Origin: an uncultured Collinsella sp.
Lineage (GTDB): Bacteria; Actinomycetota; Coriobacteriia; Coriobacteriales; Coriobacteriaceae
NCBI GenBank assembly: GCA_900546825.1
Contig: UREE01000001.1
Span: 1,733-65,732, forward strand
Direction of reading: 5' to 3'
DNA: 64,000 nucleotides
A program made the position numbers and the translations under genes. Below the pieces are notes generated by a model. That model did no database searches, had not been told where the DNA came from, and was given only the letters and a program-made list of their open reading frames with translations. Positions within the stretch are counted from its first letter, which is position 1, and each line of letters begins with the position of its first letter. This document shows positions 8,564 through 18,029 of this stretch, piece by piece.

Positions 8564-10753
8564 CTAGATCAACTTAGTCGACTCCAGCTTTTCGATGATC
8601 CAGTCGTTGGCTTTGATGACCGGGCGGCGGAAGACGACGCCCAGTGCCAGCGACGGAATCAGATAGCTCGCCAAGATACCCAGCTCAATCCAGTACTCCA
8701 TATGGTAGGCGCCAGCCATGGCGGCATGCATGGCGTTGATGCCGTGGGTGAACGGCAGGAACGGATAGATCGCCTGGAACACGGGGCCGGTCATCTCGAT
8801 GGGGAACGTGCCGCCCGAACCGCCGACCTGCATGACCAGCAGCACGACGGCGAGCGCCTTGCCGATATCGCCAAACGACACGGTGAGCGTGTAGACGATA
8901 TTGGAGAACACGAGACTCGCGACCCAGCCCGCCAGCACAAACTGCAGCGGGTTGTCGCACTGAATGCCAAAGAACAGAATGTCGCCCGCGCACACGAGCG
9001 TTGCCTGCAGCAGGGCCAAACCGCCAAAGAACAGGTAACGGCCCAGATAGATCTCGTGCAGGCGTACGGGGATGAGCTCGTTGATAAGTTCATCGTCAAC
9101 CGACACCTTCATCATGGCTGCCAGCACGATCGAGCCGACCCAAAGCGACAGAATCGTGTAGAACGGCGCCATGGCCGAACCGTAGTTGCGGATCGGATAG
9201 ACCGGCTTGCGATCGAGCGCGACGGGACCGGAAAGCGACACGGCCAAACCCTCGGGGTCGTTGCCAATCATCGTCTTGATCGTGGCAAGGTCGTCCGACA
9301 TCAGGGCGCCATCGAGCTCGTCCTTAAAGGCGCTGATCTTGTCCGATGCCTCACCCAGCTGATCGGAAGCCTTGTTGACCAGCGTCGCAGCCTTGGAGAG
9401 GCCCTTTGCGAGCGAGCCAGAGGCGTCGGTCAGACCGCTCACGGCGCTATCCAAGTCACCCGAGATACCGTTCAGGGAATCCAGAACGCCCGAAATGGTC
9501 TTCTTGAGCTCCTTGGCCTTAACCGAGAACGTGGAATCGTAGTCGGACTTGGCTCCCGAGATACCCGCCTTGGCATCGGCGATGGCCTGGTCGACCTCGG
9601 CACGCGAGTTGTTGACCTCCGCCATGCCGTCCGAAAGGGACTTTGCGGTCGCCGTCAGGTCCTTCGCATTGTTGCGGTACTCCACGGCAATTCTGCCCAG
9701 CGACGTCGCAGCGGACTCGAGACCGTCTTTGAGCTTGTCATCACTCACCTGGTCGGCAAGGTTACGGAGCTGATCGGTCATCGCATCGATATCGTCAGCA
9801 CGCGTATTGAGCGCCGCTGCGGCTTCGTTGAGCTGAGACACCGTAAGGTAAACATGCTGATTCGCGGCATCGAATGCCTTCGCAAGCTCGGCGGACACGT
9901 TGTCGAACGAGCCCGCGCTTCCGTCAATCGCCGCGTCAACGGCATCGTTGGCGGCCTTGAGCGCTTCCTTGGAATCATTGATGCCACTCTTGGCGTGCTC
10001 CATCAGCTGCTTCGTCGACTCATCAACGGTGCCCGTCTGCTTGAGCATGCCGCCCGCCGATGTCAGTGAATCGGACGTGGAGCTCAAAATGCCCGCGAGC
10101 GACGTCGCACTCGCCTGAACGTCCTGCAGGTCCTCGACCGAATCGCCCAGCGTCGAGGACAGATTGGCGATAAAGCTGCTCACCTGGTCGGTACTCATAT
10201 AGTCGAGCAGGCTGGACACGGTCTTAAGGCCGATGGTCGTGATGGTCTTGGTAAAGGTCTCGTTGACCTGACTCTGGACGGCGCTCGAACCCTTTTCAGT
10301 CACGATCTGTGCGATGGCGTTGGCCTTCTGATTCTCATAGAACTCGATATCGGCGTGCTTCACCTCGGTCGAGAAAAGCGTCATCATGTCGGCGCTAAAC
10401 GTTTTAGGGATAACGACGGCAGCGTAGTACGCGCCCGACTTAACGCCCTCAATCGCCTTATCACGGTCGTTGAGGACGACCCAGTCGAAGTTCTCGTTGC
10501 CGCGCAGGGTGGCGGTTACGTTTTCGCCCACGTTGACCTCGACGGGAATCAGATCGCTCTCGTAACCCTCATCGGTGTTGACCACTGCAATCTTAAGGTT
10601 GCCGGTATTGCCGTAGGGATCCCAGCTTCCGGCGATGTTAAACCATGCATAGAGACATGGCACGATGATCAGGCCCATCACGACGACCATGCCGATCACG
10701 GAGCGAGACACGTTTTGGACATCGCGCTTAAACAGGTGCAGGATGTTTTTCAT
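8564..10753 (-). CDS. YhgE/Pip-domain membrane protein (phage-infection-protein / EsaA-like), copy 2 of a tandem pair
   Basis: 729 aa. N-terminus FKRDVQNVSRSVIGMVVVMGLIIVPCLYAWFNIAGSWDPYGNTGNLKIAVVNTDEGY is the canonical YhgE/Pip N-terminal domain. Long extracellular coiled-coil middle and C-terminal ABC-2-like TM bundle. Its start ATG directly abuts the stop of the upstream paralog (TAAATG). Confidence 0.85.
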   Translation of the reverse strand: MKNILHLFKRDVQNVSRSVIGMVVVMGLIIVPCLYAWFNIAGSWDPYGNTGNLKIAVVNTDEGYESDLIPVEVNVGENVTATLRGNENFDWVVLNDRDKAIEGVKSGAYYAAVVIPKTFSADMMTLFSTEVKHADIEFYENQKANAIAQIVTEKGSSAVQSQVNETFTKTITTIGLKTVSSLLDYMSTDQVSSFIANLSSTLGDSVEDLQDVQASATSLAGILSSTSDSLTSAGGMLKQTGTVDESTKQLMEHAKSGINDSKEALKAANDAVDAAIDGSAGSFDNVSAELAKAFDAANQHVYLTVSQLNEAAAALNTRADDIDAMTDQLRNLADQVSDDKLKDGLESAATSLGRIAVEYRNNAKDLTATAKSLSDGMAEVNNSRAEVDQAIADAKAGISGAKSDYDSTFSVKAKELKKTISGVLDSLNGISGDLDSAVSGLTDASGSLAKGLSKAATLVNKASDQLGEASDKISAFKDELDGALMSDDLATIKTMIGNDPEGLAVSLSGPVALDRKPVYPIRNYGSAMAPFYTILSLWVGSIVLAAMMKVSVDDELINELIPVRLHEIYLGRYLFFGGLALLQATLVCAGDILFFGIQCDNPLQFVLAGWVASLVFSNIVYTLTVSFGDIGKALAVVLLVMQVGGSGGTFPIEMTGPVFQAIYPFLPFTHGINAMHAAMAGAYHMEYWIELGILASYLIPSLALGVVFRRPVIKANDWIIEKLESTKLI

Positions 10754-13612
10754 TTATGCCTCACCTCCTTTAGAGTGCTTGCCAAGCGAGGTGGTGTCCC
10801 CGTCGTTTCCGTTTACGTTGTCAGCGCCGTCGGCATCTTGAGCCTTACGATGCGCACCAATATGCGGCAGACGGCTCGTGGGCTGTTCGCTGTCCTTGGT
10901 GCCCCGCTCGCTGGCGTTGAGACCAAACATGCGACGGGCGGCAGGGATGGCAGCCGTGTGCTCGCGCATCTCGCGGCGCAAGTCCTCGTCCGAAAGCGCC
11001 GAGATGCGCATCTGTGTGTTGAGGCTTGCACGGATGTACTCGATGTTGATGAGCCAGCCGCAGATGGCAATGACCGAGATAATCCAGATAACGAGCAGGA
11101 TGATCTTGCCGTTATTGTCGATATCGAGCACCGTCGAAAGCACAAAGAGCAGAACCTGCACGCCTACCACGGCGGCAAAACCGCCCTTGATGTAGTACGG
11201 GTAGCGATGCTCAAACGCCACGGCATGATCGAGCAGCTCGCGACGGTACGAATCGGAATCGAGCATGACACGCATGGCCGTGCGCAGCGAGTAGCGCTGG
11301 CGCGGCAGGTCATTGGACTCGCAGATCATCAGACCCGTCGTGGAAAGCTGCTTATCAAAGAGCAGATTGAGGTTGAGCAGCAGCGGACGCAGCTGCAGAC
11401 CGATAAAGAGCGCCACGATCAAGAACACGCCCAAGATGCACAGGTTGAACAGGTAGTTGAGCGAGTACATGCCGCCGACGGTCTCGCGCAGCAGGTTGAT
11501 GCCATAGGTGAAGGGCAGCAGCGGATGCAGCCATTGGAAGAAGCCGGGCATCATCTCGATGGGATACATGCCCGACGAACCCGGAATCTGCACGATAACG
11601 AGAATGACACCGATAGCCTTGCCGATATGCTTAAACGTGGTGGACAGCGCATAGATGATGTTGACGTAGGTGAACGAGATAGCGATGCCGCCCAGCACGA
11701 ACAGCAGCGGGTTGACGCACTGCACGCCAATCACCAAATCGCCCACCGTAACGATGATGGCCTGGAACGCACCCAGGATCACCATCAGCAGCCAGCGGCC
11801 AAAGTAGCCCTGACGCGCCGTAAAGCTACCGATGCCCTCGCGGTCGACCTCGAGCTTGTAGATAGCGATGAGCACATAGCCGCCTACCCACAGCGCCAGA
11901 TTGGTGTAGAAGGGCGCGATGCCCGAGCCAAAGCTCTTGACCGGATAGATTGACTTGGACGTCAGCTCAACCGGAGATGCCATGAAATCTGCCACGTCAT
12001 TGACGTCGACGTCCATGAGGTCGGCTAACTCGCCCATAGACTCAGAGGTCTGCAGCGCCGCAATGTCATTAGCGGCTGTCGCGAGCTTGTCCTGAACCTT
12101 GGCAAGAGAGGCATCGGTTTGAGACAGCGTGGTCTTTGCCTGCTTGAGCGTGGCGTCGAGCTGCGCCAGCGTGCCGCGCGCGCTCGCTATCGTGGGGGTC
12201 ATACCCGATACAATGCCGGTCAAATCGCCCGAAACGGCGGCAAAGGAGTCCAGCGCGCTCGAAGCCTTCGGCAGTGCGTTCTGCCCCAGATCGGTCTGAG
12301 CCTGACCGAGGTTAGCCGTACCGGTCTGAATTGCCGTGTTGAGTGGTTTGCTCGCGTTCGAGATTGCCGTAGCGTCGTTTGCCATGGCGCGCGACTGTGC
12401 AGAAAGGCCATCCTTAATACTCTGCAGCTTCTGGTTTTGCTCGCGAAGCGAATTGATGGTCGACGCGATGAGCGCATCGGCGTTCTCCGATCCCGTCGAC
12501 GTATCGTTAACGAGAATCTGCAGGCGCTCGATGACAGCGCTGTTGTGGTCAATCGTCGCCTGAAGGGATTCGAGCGAGTTGTCGATTCGAGTGGTCGTGG
12601 ACGTAACCGTACCGGTAAGCCTGCCAATCGCGGCGTTCGCAGAAGCCGATGTCTTACTCAGCACGATGCTGCCCTCCGAAAGTGCCTTGGAGAGCGAGGT
12701 GATGGACTTGCCAGCCGTGGTGCGAGCTTCGCCCAGCAGATCATTACCCTGAGCGATTGCCTGCGTTAGCGAAGGCGCCTGTCCCTGCAGGCCCGCCAAC
12801 GCAGCATCGGCCGAAGCAATCGAGCTGCTTGTCTTGTCGATGGCGGTGTTCATGTCGCCGATGGAATCACGTACTTCGCCCAGGGTATCAGACGCTTCGG
12901 ACACCGAACCAGCCAGCGAATCCTGGGTCTGGGTCGCTTTGTCCTTTAAATCGACTCCGGCATCTTTCGCGATTCCGGCAACAGTCTCGCCCACCGTGGA
13001 GACAAACTCCGAGTTGATCTGCTCCTCGATGGTGTTGGCACCGGTATCGGTGACCTTGGGCGCAATGGCGCTCTTTTTCTCGTTGACGTAATAGGTGAGC
13101 TTCGGCTGATGGTAATTGCCGTCGAGCATCGAGACGAGATTGTCGGAGAAGTTCTTGGGAATCACGATGGCAGCATAGTATTCGCCACTTTCGACGCCCT
13201 CTTTGGCATCTGCCGCCGAGTCGACGAAGGTCCAGCCAAGCTGGTCGTTCTCCTTGAGCTGGTCGACCACCTTATCGCCTGCGTTGAGCTCTCCCACTAG
13301 GTCGTTCTGGGTGCCCTGATCGTTGTTGGCGATGGCGATTTTAATGCCCTGGGTATTTCCGTACGGATCCCAGTTTGCAACGATGTTGTACCAGGCATAC
13401 AGCGAGGGAATGACGCACACGCCCAGGGTGACCACCAGGGCGACGGGATTCATAAGCAGTCGCTTAATGTCGCGCTTAAATATCGCAAAGGAGACCTTTG
13501 CGTTGGATAGTTTGCTGCCGAGACTCACGCTTGGACCATCCATCCTGTCGTTGAATCGAATCGTACTATCGACAACCATTGTACGTAGACGCTTTAGTGC
13601 CTCGCGGCACAA
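10754..13612 (-). CDS. YhgE/Pip-domain membrane protein, copy 1 (longer paralog with hydrophilic C-terminal tail)
   Basis: 952 aa with the same architecture (FKRDIKRLLMNPVALVVTLGVCVIPSLYAWYNIVANWDPYGNTQGIKIAIANNDQG). The true start may be an internal Met (e.g. MVVDSTIRF at about 13579). Confidence 0.85.
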   Translation of the reverse strand: MCREALKRLRTMVVDSTIRFNDRMDGPSVSLGSKLSNAKVSFAIFKRDIKRLLMNPVALVVTLGVCVIPSLYAWYNIVANWDPYGNTQGIKIAIANNDQGTQNDLVGELNAGDKVVDQLKENDQLGWTFVDSAADAKEGVESGEYYAAIVIPKNFSDNLVSMLDGNYHQPKLTYYVNEKKSAIAPKVTDTGANTIEEQINSEFVSTVGETVAGIAKDAGVDLKDKATQTQDSLAGSVSEASDTLGEVRDSIGDMNTAIDKTSSSIASADAALAGLQGQAPSLTQAIAQGNDLLGEARTTAGKSITSLSKALSEGSIVLSKTSASANAAIGRLTGTVTSTTTRIDNSLESLQATIDHNSAVIERLQILVNDTSTGSENADALIASTINSLREQNQKLQSIKDGLSAQSRAMANDATAISNASKPLNTAIQTGTANLGQAQTDLGQNALPKASSALDSFAAVSGDLTGIVSGMTPTIASARGTLAQLDATLKQAKTTLSQTDASLAKVQDKLATAANDIAALQTSESMGELADLMDVDVNDVADFMASPVELTSKSIYPVKSFGSGIAPFYTNLALWVGGYVLIAIYKLEVDREGIGSFTARQGYFGRWLLMVILGAFQAIIVTVGDLVIGVQCVNPLLFVLGGIAISFTYVNIIYALSTTFKHIGKAIGVILVIVQIPGSSGMYPIEMMPGFFQWLHPLLPFTYGINLLRETVGGMYSLNYLFNLCILGVFLIVALFIGLQLRPLLLNLNLLFDKQLSTTGLMICESNDLPRQRYSLRTAMRVMLDSDSYRRELLDHAVAFEHRYPYYIKGGFAAVVGVQVLLFVLSTVLDIDNNGKIILLVIWIISVIAICGWLINIEYIRASLNTQMRISALSDEDLRREMREHTAAIPAARRMFGLNASERGTKDSEQPTSRLPHIGAHRKAQDADGADNVNGNDGDTTSLGKHSKGGEA

Positions 13613-13755
13613 TGGTGCTGAGTTTTGCGGGTAGCAATATACTACGAAGATGATTTAACGTACAGTTGTACAGTATCTTTAATTTCAGCAGGTCACAAAA
13701 CCACAACCCCGACAAATAATTGATCCCTTGGGGACGGAGGAATGATTCAAAAGGA

Positions 13756-13825
13756 AACGAGAGTGGAAAATCTCCCACTTCAAGCCCGCATTCGAGCCAA
13801 AAGTGGGAGATTATCCACTCTCGTT
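13756..13825. repeat. 25-bp-stem inverted repeat downstream of htpG / upstream of the YhgE operon (terminator-like)
   Basis: aacgagagtggaaaatctcccactt (13756-13780) and aagtgggagattatccactctcgtt (13801-13825) are reverse complements (2 mismatches) with a 20-nt loop. Confidence 0.6.
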
Positions 13826-13855
13826 CTAATCTAGTTACGGTGCCGTATCCCCGAA

Positions 13856-15880
13856 CTACATCAAGTTGCAGACGGCTGCCGCGAAGGCTACGGGATCCTC
13901 GGGCAGAATGCCTTCGACCAGCAGGGCCTGATCGTAGAGCAGGCCGGAGTACTGCTTGATCTTGTCGGCGTCACCTGCCTTCTGGGCAGCGACAAGCTTG
14001 TCAAAGACCGGGTGCTTGGCGTTGAGCTCGAGCACGCGCTGGCTCTTGGGCATGCCGTCGGGCGCGCCCTCGGGTCCCTTCTGGAGCACCTTCTCCATCT
14101 CGAGCGAAAGCGGACCCTCGGTGGTGATGCAGGCGGGAGCGTCAGTCAGACGCGCAGAGACGGCAACCTTCTCGACCTTGTCACCGAGCGCCTCCTTCAT
14201 AGCGCTAAAGAGGTCCTCGTTTTCCTTGGTGGCGTCCTCGGCCTCCTTCTTCTCGTCATCGGTCGCCATGTCAAGATCGCCGGTCGCGACGTTCTTAAGC
14301 TCCAGGTGACGATCCTCGACCTCGGGCTCGGCACCATCGGCAACTGCCTTCTCGGCAGCCTCGCGAGCAGCGTCATCCTCGTAGACCTTGGGCATATCGG
14401 CAGCCACGTACTCACGCATGGCCTGGAAGGTGAACTCATCCACGTCCTGCGTCAGCAGCAATACATCGTAGCCGCGGTCGAGCACGCCCTTCACGACGGG
14501 CATCTTGGCCAGACGCTCGCGCGAATCGCCGGCGGCATAGTAGATTGCCTTCTGGCCCTCGGGCATGCCCTTGGCATACTCGGCAAGGGTGATCATCTTC
14601 TGCTCCTTGGCAGACCAGAACAGCAACAGGTCGGCGAGCTCGTCGGCCTTCATGCCGTAGCTCGAGTAGATGCCGTACTTCAGACCGCGACCAAAGTTCT
14701 CAAAGAACTTCTCGTATGCCTCGCGGTCGTTATCGCGCATGTCCTCAAGATCGGCAGTGATCTTCTTCTCGACACGCTTGGCAATGGCCTTGAGCTGACG
14801 GTTCTGTTGCAGCGTCTCACGCGAAATATTGAGCGTCACGTCGGCAGAGTCCACGACACCGCGCACAAAGTTGTAGTAGTCGGGCAGCAGGTCGTCGCAC
14901 TTCTCCATAATCAGCACGTTGGAACTGTAGAGCGCCAGGCCCTTCTCGTAGTCCTTGCTGTACAGATCGAACGGGGCGCGACCCGGCACAAACAGCAGCG
15001 CATCGTACTCAAGCGTACCCTCGGCATGGAAGCTGATAGTGCGCGCGGGATCGTCAAAGTCGTGGAACGTGGACTTGTAGAACTCGTTGTAATCCTTCTG
15101 CTCAACGTCGGAGCTGCGCTTCTTCCAGATCGGCGTCATGGAGTTGATGGTCTCGAGCTCCTGGTAGTCCTCGTACTCGGGCTTGTAGTCGTCGCCGGCG
15201 TCCTCGGGCTTGGGTTTCTGGCGGCTCTTGCTCACCATCATCTGAATCGGGTAGCGCACATAGTTGCTGTACTGCTGAATCAGGCTCTTGAGGCCCCACT
15301 CGGTCAGGAAGCGATCGTAGGTCTCGGCCTCGCCGTCGGCGTCGAGCTTCTCGTTCTCGCGCAGCGTCAGGATGACATCGGTACCGTGCTCAGCACGCTC
15401 GCCATCCTCGATGGTGTAGCCCTCAAGACCGTCGGACTCCCAAACGTGGGCGGTGTCCTCGCCATAAGCGCGGCTGACGACCTTCACGTGGCTGGCGACC
15501 ATAAAGGCGGAGTAGAAGCCCACGCCAAACTGGCCGATGATGTCGACATCGGAGCCCTGTTGCTCGGCGTTCTCGGTCTTAAACTCCTCGGAGCCGGAAT
15601 GGGCGATGGTGCCCAGATTGCGCTCGAGCTCCTCGGCGGTCATGCCAATGCCGTTATCCGAGATGGTAATGGTGCGGGCGTCTTTATCAAAAGAGACGCG
15701 AATAGCCAGGTCGCCCTGGTCGAGCTTGACACTCGGGTCCTGCAGGCTCTTAAAGTTGAGCTTGTCGACGGCGTCACTCGCATTAGAGATAAGCTCGCGC
15801 AGGAAGATTTCCTTATTGGTGTAGATGGAGTTGATCATGAGGTCGAGCAGTTTTTTGCTCTCGGTCTTAAATTGACGCAT
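13856..15880 (-). CDS. htpG: molecular chaperone HtpG (Hsp90)
   Basis: 674 aa; N-terminus MRQFKTESKKLLDLMINSIYTNKEIFLRELISNASDAVDKL is the Hsp90 ATPase signature. Confidence 0.95.
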   Translation of the reverse strand: MRQFKTESKKLLDLMINSIYTNKEIFLRELISNASDAVDKLNFKSLQDPSVKLDQGDLAIRVSFDKDARTITISDNGIGMTAEELERNLGTIAHSGSEEFKTENAEQQGSDVDIIGQFGVGFYSAFMVASHVKVVSRAYGEDTAHVWESDGLEGYTIEDGERAEHGTDVILTLRENEKLDADGEAETYDRFLTEWGLKSLIQQYSNYVRYPIQMMVSKSRQKPKPEDAGDDYKPEYEDYQELETINSMTPIWKKRSSDVEQKDYNEFYKSTFHDFDDPARTISFHAEGTLEYDALLFVPGRAPFDLYSKDYEKGLALYSSNVLIMEKCDDLLPDYYNFVRGVVDSADVTLNISRETLQQNRQLKAIAKRVEKKITADLEDMRDNDREAYEKFFENFGRGLKYGIYSSYGMKADELADLLLFWSAKEQKMITLAEYAKGMPEGQKAIYYAAGDSRERLAKMPVVKGVLDRGYDVLLLTQDVDEFTFQAMREYVAADMPKVYEDDAAREAAEKAVADGAEPEVEDRHLELKNVATGDLDMATDDEKKEAEDATKENEDLFSAMKEALGDKVEKVAVSARLTDAPACITTEGPLSLEMEKVLQKGPEGAPDGMPKSQRVLELNAKHPVFDKLVAAQKAGDADKIKQYSGLLYDQALLVEGILPEDPVAFAAAVCNLM

Positions 15881-16082
15881 GTGCAGTCCTTTCGCGCTAC
15901 CCCCGTCCGCAAAAACGGCCCGGTTGCCCGAGCCGCATCGCAGACCTGCTATGTCCAGACTTAGATTTTATAACCCATTAGCGCGCATATATACATACGG
16001 AATCGAAAAACTGTATGTCCAAACGCTCTGATACGCCAATTGCCAAGGAGTGTCCCCGACTGCCGGCAGGAAAGGAACGTCC

Positions 16083-16583
16083 CTATCTGCCATCTACGCG
16101 CTTGGCCATCCAAGCATGGGGCTGGCCCTCGTCTTCGTAGTCCACCGGGGCAATCTGCGTGTAGCCCGCCTTGGCATAGAGCGGCAGCACGTATTCCTGC
16201 GCATGCAGCTTAATGAGCTTGGCGCCGGCATCACGCGCGCACGTATCACTGGCCTCGACAATCTTGCTCGCCAGACCGCGACGGCGCATGCTCGGCAGCA
16301 CAGCCACGCGCCCCATAATGTAGGTCTCCCCCGCCGCGACGCCTTCGTCCAAGTCGCACGCCGGCGACACCGGAGCCCCTGCGTCAGCCGCGCGCTCAAG
16401 CTCTTCGGGAAACACGCGCGAGCAACCAGCAAGCTCGCCGTCTACATAGAGCGTCACATGAATGCAGTTCGGATCCTCGTCGATAGCGTCGAACTCATTC
16501 TCGTAGCCCTGCTCGTCCATAAAAACGACGCGGCGCACCAACGCCGCGTCATCAAAGCATCCCGTCTTAAGTTGGATATCCAT
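16083..16583 (-). CDS. GNAT-family N-acetyltransferase
   Basis: 166 aa; acetyl-CoA-binding-type motif RRRGLASKIVEASDTCARDAGA; typical GNAT length. Confidence 0.75.
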   Translation of the reverse strand: MDIQLKTGCFDDAALVRRVVFMDEQGYENEFDAIDEDPNCIHVTLYVDGELAGCSRVFPEELERAADAGAPVSPACDLDEGVAAGETYIMGRVAVLPSMRRRGLASKIVEASDTCARDAGAKLIKLHAQEYVLPLYAKAGYTQIAPVDYEDEGQPHAWMAKRVDGR

Positions 16584-16621
16584 GCTGCCCTTTCATTCAA
16601 TGCGAACGTTAGGGACAGATT

Positions 16622-17272
16622 TTAGCGAAAATGAGCTCCGCGCACGCTAAACTTCGCGCGAGCCTTCGCCAGGCAATCGTAATGACCCACGTTATGGGCA
16701 TCGCTCGCGATGAAGCTGTACAGGTTCTGATCGAACAGGCGCTGTGCCGGCTTTTTCTCGCGACCAAAGCGACCGCCGGCAATAAAGTCCGCCGAAGCTT
16801 GCAGCTTGCAGCCCATATCGACCAGGCGCTCCGCCACGCTTACATCCTTTTGAACCGCACGATAGCGCTCAGGATGAGCGATGATCACCTGGTAGCCACG
16901 GCACTGCAAATCGTAAATCGTGTTCTCGTACTCTCTAAACGCATACGCATCGGCATGCGTCGAAAGCTCGAGCAGAAACTCGTTGGTCCCATCGAAATGC
17001 AGGTGCTCCGCGGCATCGATACCAAGCTCAACGAGCTTTCGATGGTTGACCTCGAAGCCCATCTGGAGCGGAAAACCGTCAGCGTTATCACGCAGCAGCT
17101 CAAAGGCATCCCACATCTTGTCGTAATCAAAATAGGGATCACGGCAGTGAGGAGTGCAAACGATTCTGGTTACACCGGCCCGCTTGGCAGCCTCGAGCAT
17201 CGCCAAGCTCTCATCGAGATCGGCGGCGCCGTCGTCTACACCCGGCAAGATATGGCAATGAATGTCACGCAT
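16622..17272 (-). CDS. PHP-domain protein-tyrosine phosphatase (CpsB/YwqE/Wzh-like)
   Basis: MRDIHCHILPGVDDGAADLDESLAMLEAAKRAGVTRIVCTPHC is the CpsB/YwqE signature. Confidence 0.85.
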   Translation of the reverse strand: MRDIHCHILPGVDDGAADLDESLAMLEAAKRAGVTRIVCTPHCRDPYFDYDKMWDAFELLRDNADGFPLQMGFEVNHRKLVELGIDAAEHLHFDGTNEFLLELSTHADAYAFREYENTIYDLQCRGYQVIIAHPERYRAVQKDVSVAERLVDMGCKLQASADFIAGGRFGREKKPAQRLFDQNLYSFIASDAHNVGHYDCLAKARAKFSVRGAHFR

Positions 17273-17289
17273 AGGTCAGCCTTAATCAA

Positions 17290-18027
17290 CTAAACGTTTG
17301 CTCGGTTGGTGAAGATGCCCTTTTTGGAAGTCCCCTGATTGTCGGAGCCCTTCTTAACCTTCTTACCGTCCTTGGTGTAGTAAGAATAGTAGTACTCGCT
17401 GGTCTCGGTCTCACAGTAATTCATGACGGTACCGATGAGCTTGACCTTCTCGGACTTCTTAAGCTGACCGATGGCGTTGAGCGCCTCTTCGCGCTTGGTA
17501 AAGTTCTCGCGCACCACGAACAGCGCGCCGTCGGTCAGGCTGGCAATCTCGGCAGCATCGATGAAGGTGCCGACCGGGGGAGCGTCGAAGATGACGTACT
17601 GGAACTTGGCGGACAATGCCTTTACCAGCTTGGCAAAGCGATGGGAGACGATGATGTCGGCAGGATTGGGAATGTGCGGCTCGGCATCGAGGAAGTAGAA
17701 GTTCTTCTGACCCGTCTCGACAATCGCCTGGTCGATAGAAACCTGCTCGGACAGGACTGCATAGAGTCCGCCGCGGGAGCGGACGCCGAGCATATCGGCA
17801 AGGGACCTGCGACGCATATCAGCCTCGACCAGCAGGACACTCTTGCCGCTCGTGGCGATTGCCTGAGCAAGGTTAATGGAAACCGTAGACTTGCCCTCGT
17901 TGGGAATCGAGGAGGTAACGGTGATGGTGCGAATGGGGTCATCCACGCTCGCAAAGCGGATGTTGGCCAGAAGGGTCTTGGCGGCATTCTGCACAACGAG
18001 CTTATCGGTGTTCTTTGCCTTAGCCAT
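17290..18027 (-). CDS. BY-kinase catalytic subunit (CpsD/YwqD/PtkA-like tyrosine-protein kinase)
   Basis: Walker A SSIPNEGKSTVSINLA and Walker A' VLLVEADMRR; 245 aa. Confidence 0.85.
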   Translation of the reverse strand: MAKAKNTDKLVVQNAAKTLLANIRFASVDDPIRTITVTSSIPNEGKSTVSINLAQAIATSGKSVLLVEADMRRRSLADMLGVRSRGGLYAVLSEQVSIDQAIVETGQKNFYFLDAEPHIPNPADIIVSHRFAKLVKALSAKFQYVIFDAPPVGTFIDAAEIASLTDGALFVVRENFTKREEALNAIGQLKKSEKVKLIGTVMNYCETETSEYYYSYYTKDGKKVKKGSDNQGTSKKGIFTNRANV

Positions 18028-18029
18028 GC

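Noticed and set aside
10355-11953. 532-aa plus-strand ORF, and similar long plus-strand ORFs at 8390..10069, 14012..15964, 60382..61431, 61591..62967, 51424..53412, 53527..54405, 48615..49565
   Set aside because: All lie antisense to well-supported minus-strand genes (YhgE/Pip, htpG, pheT, P-type ATPase, tadZ). Compositions are typical of GC-rich antisense frames.
15881-16082. HAIR/CIRCE heat-shock operator upstream of htpG
   Set aside because: No CTTGAGT-N7-ACTCAAG or TTAGCACTC-N9-GAGTGCTAA match. Only a weak TTAGCGC fragment is present.
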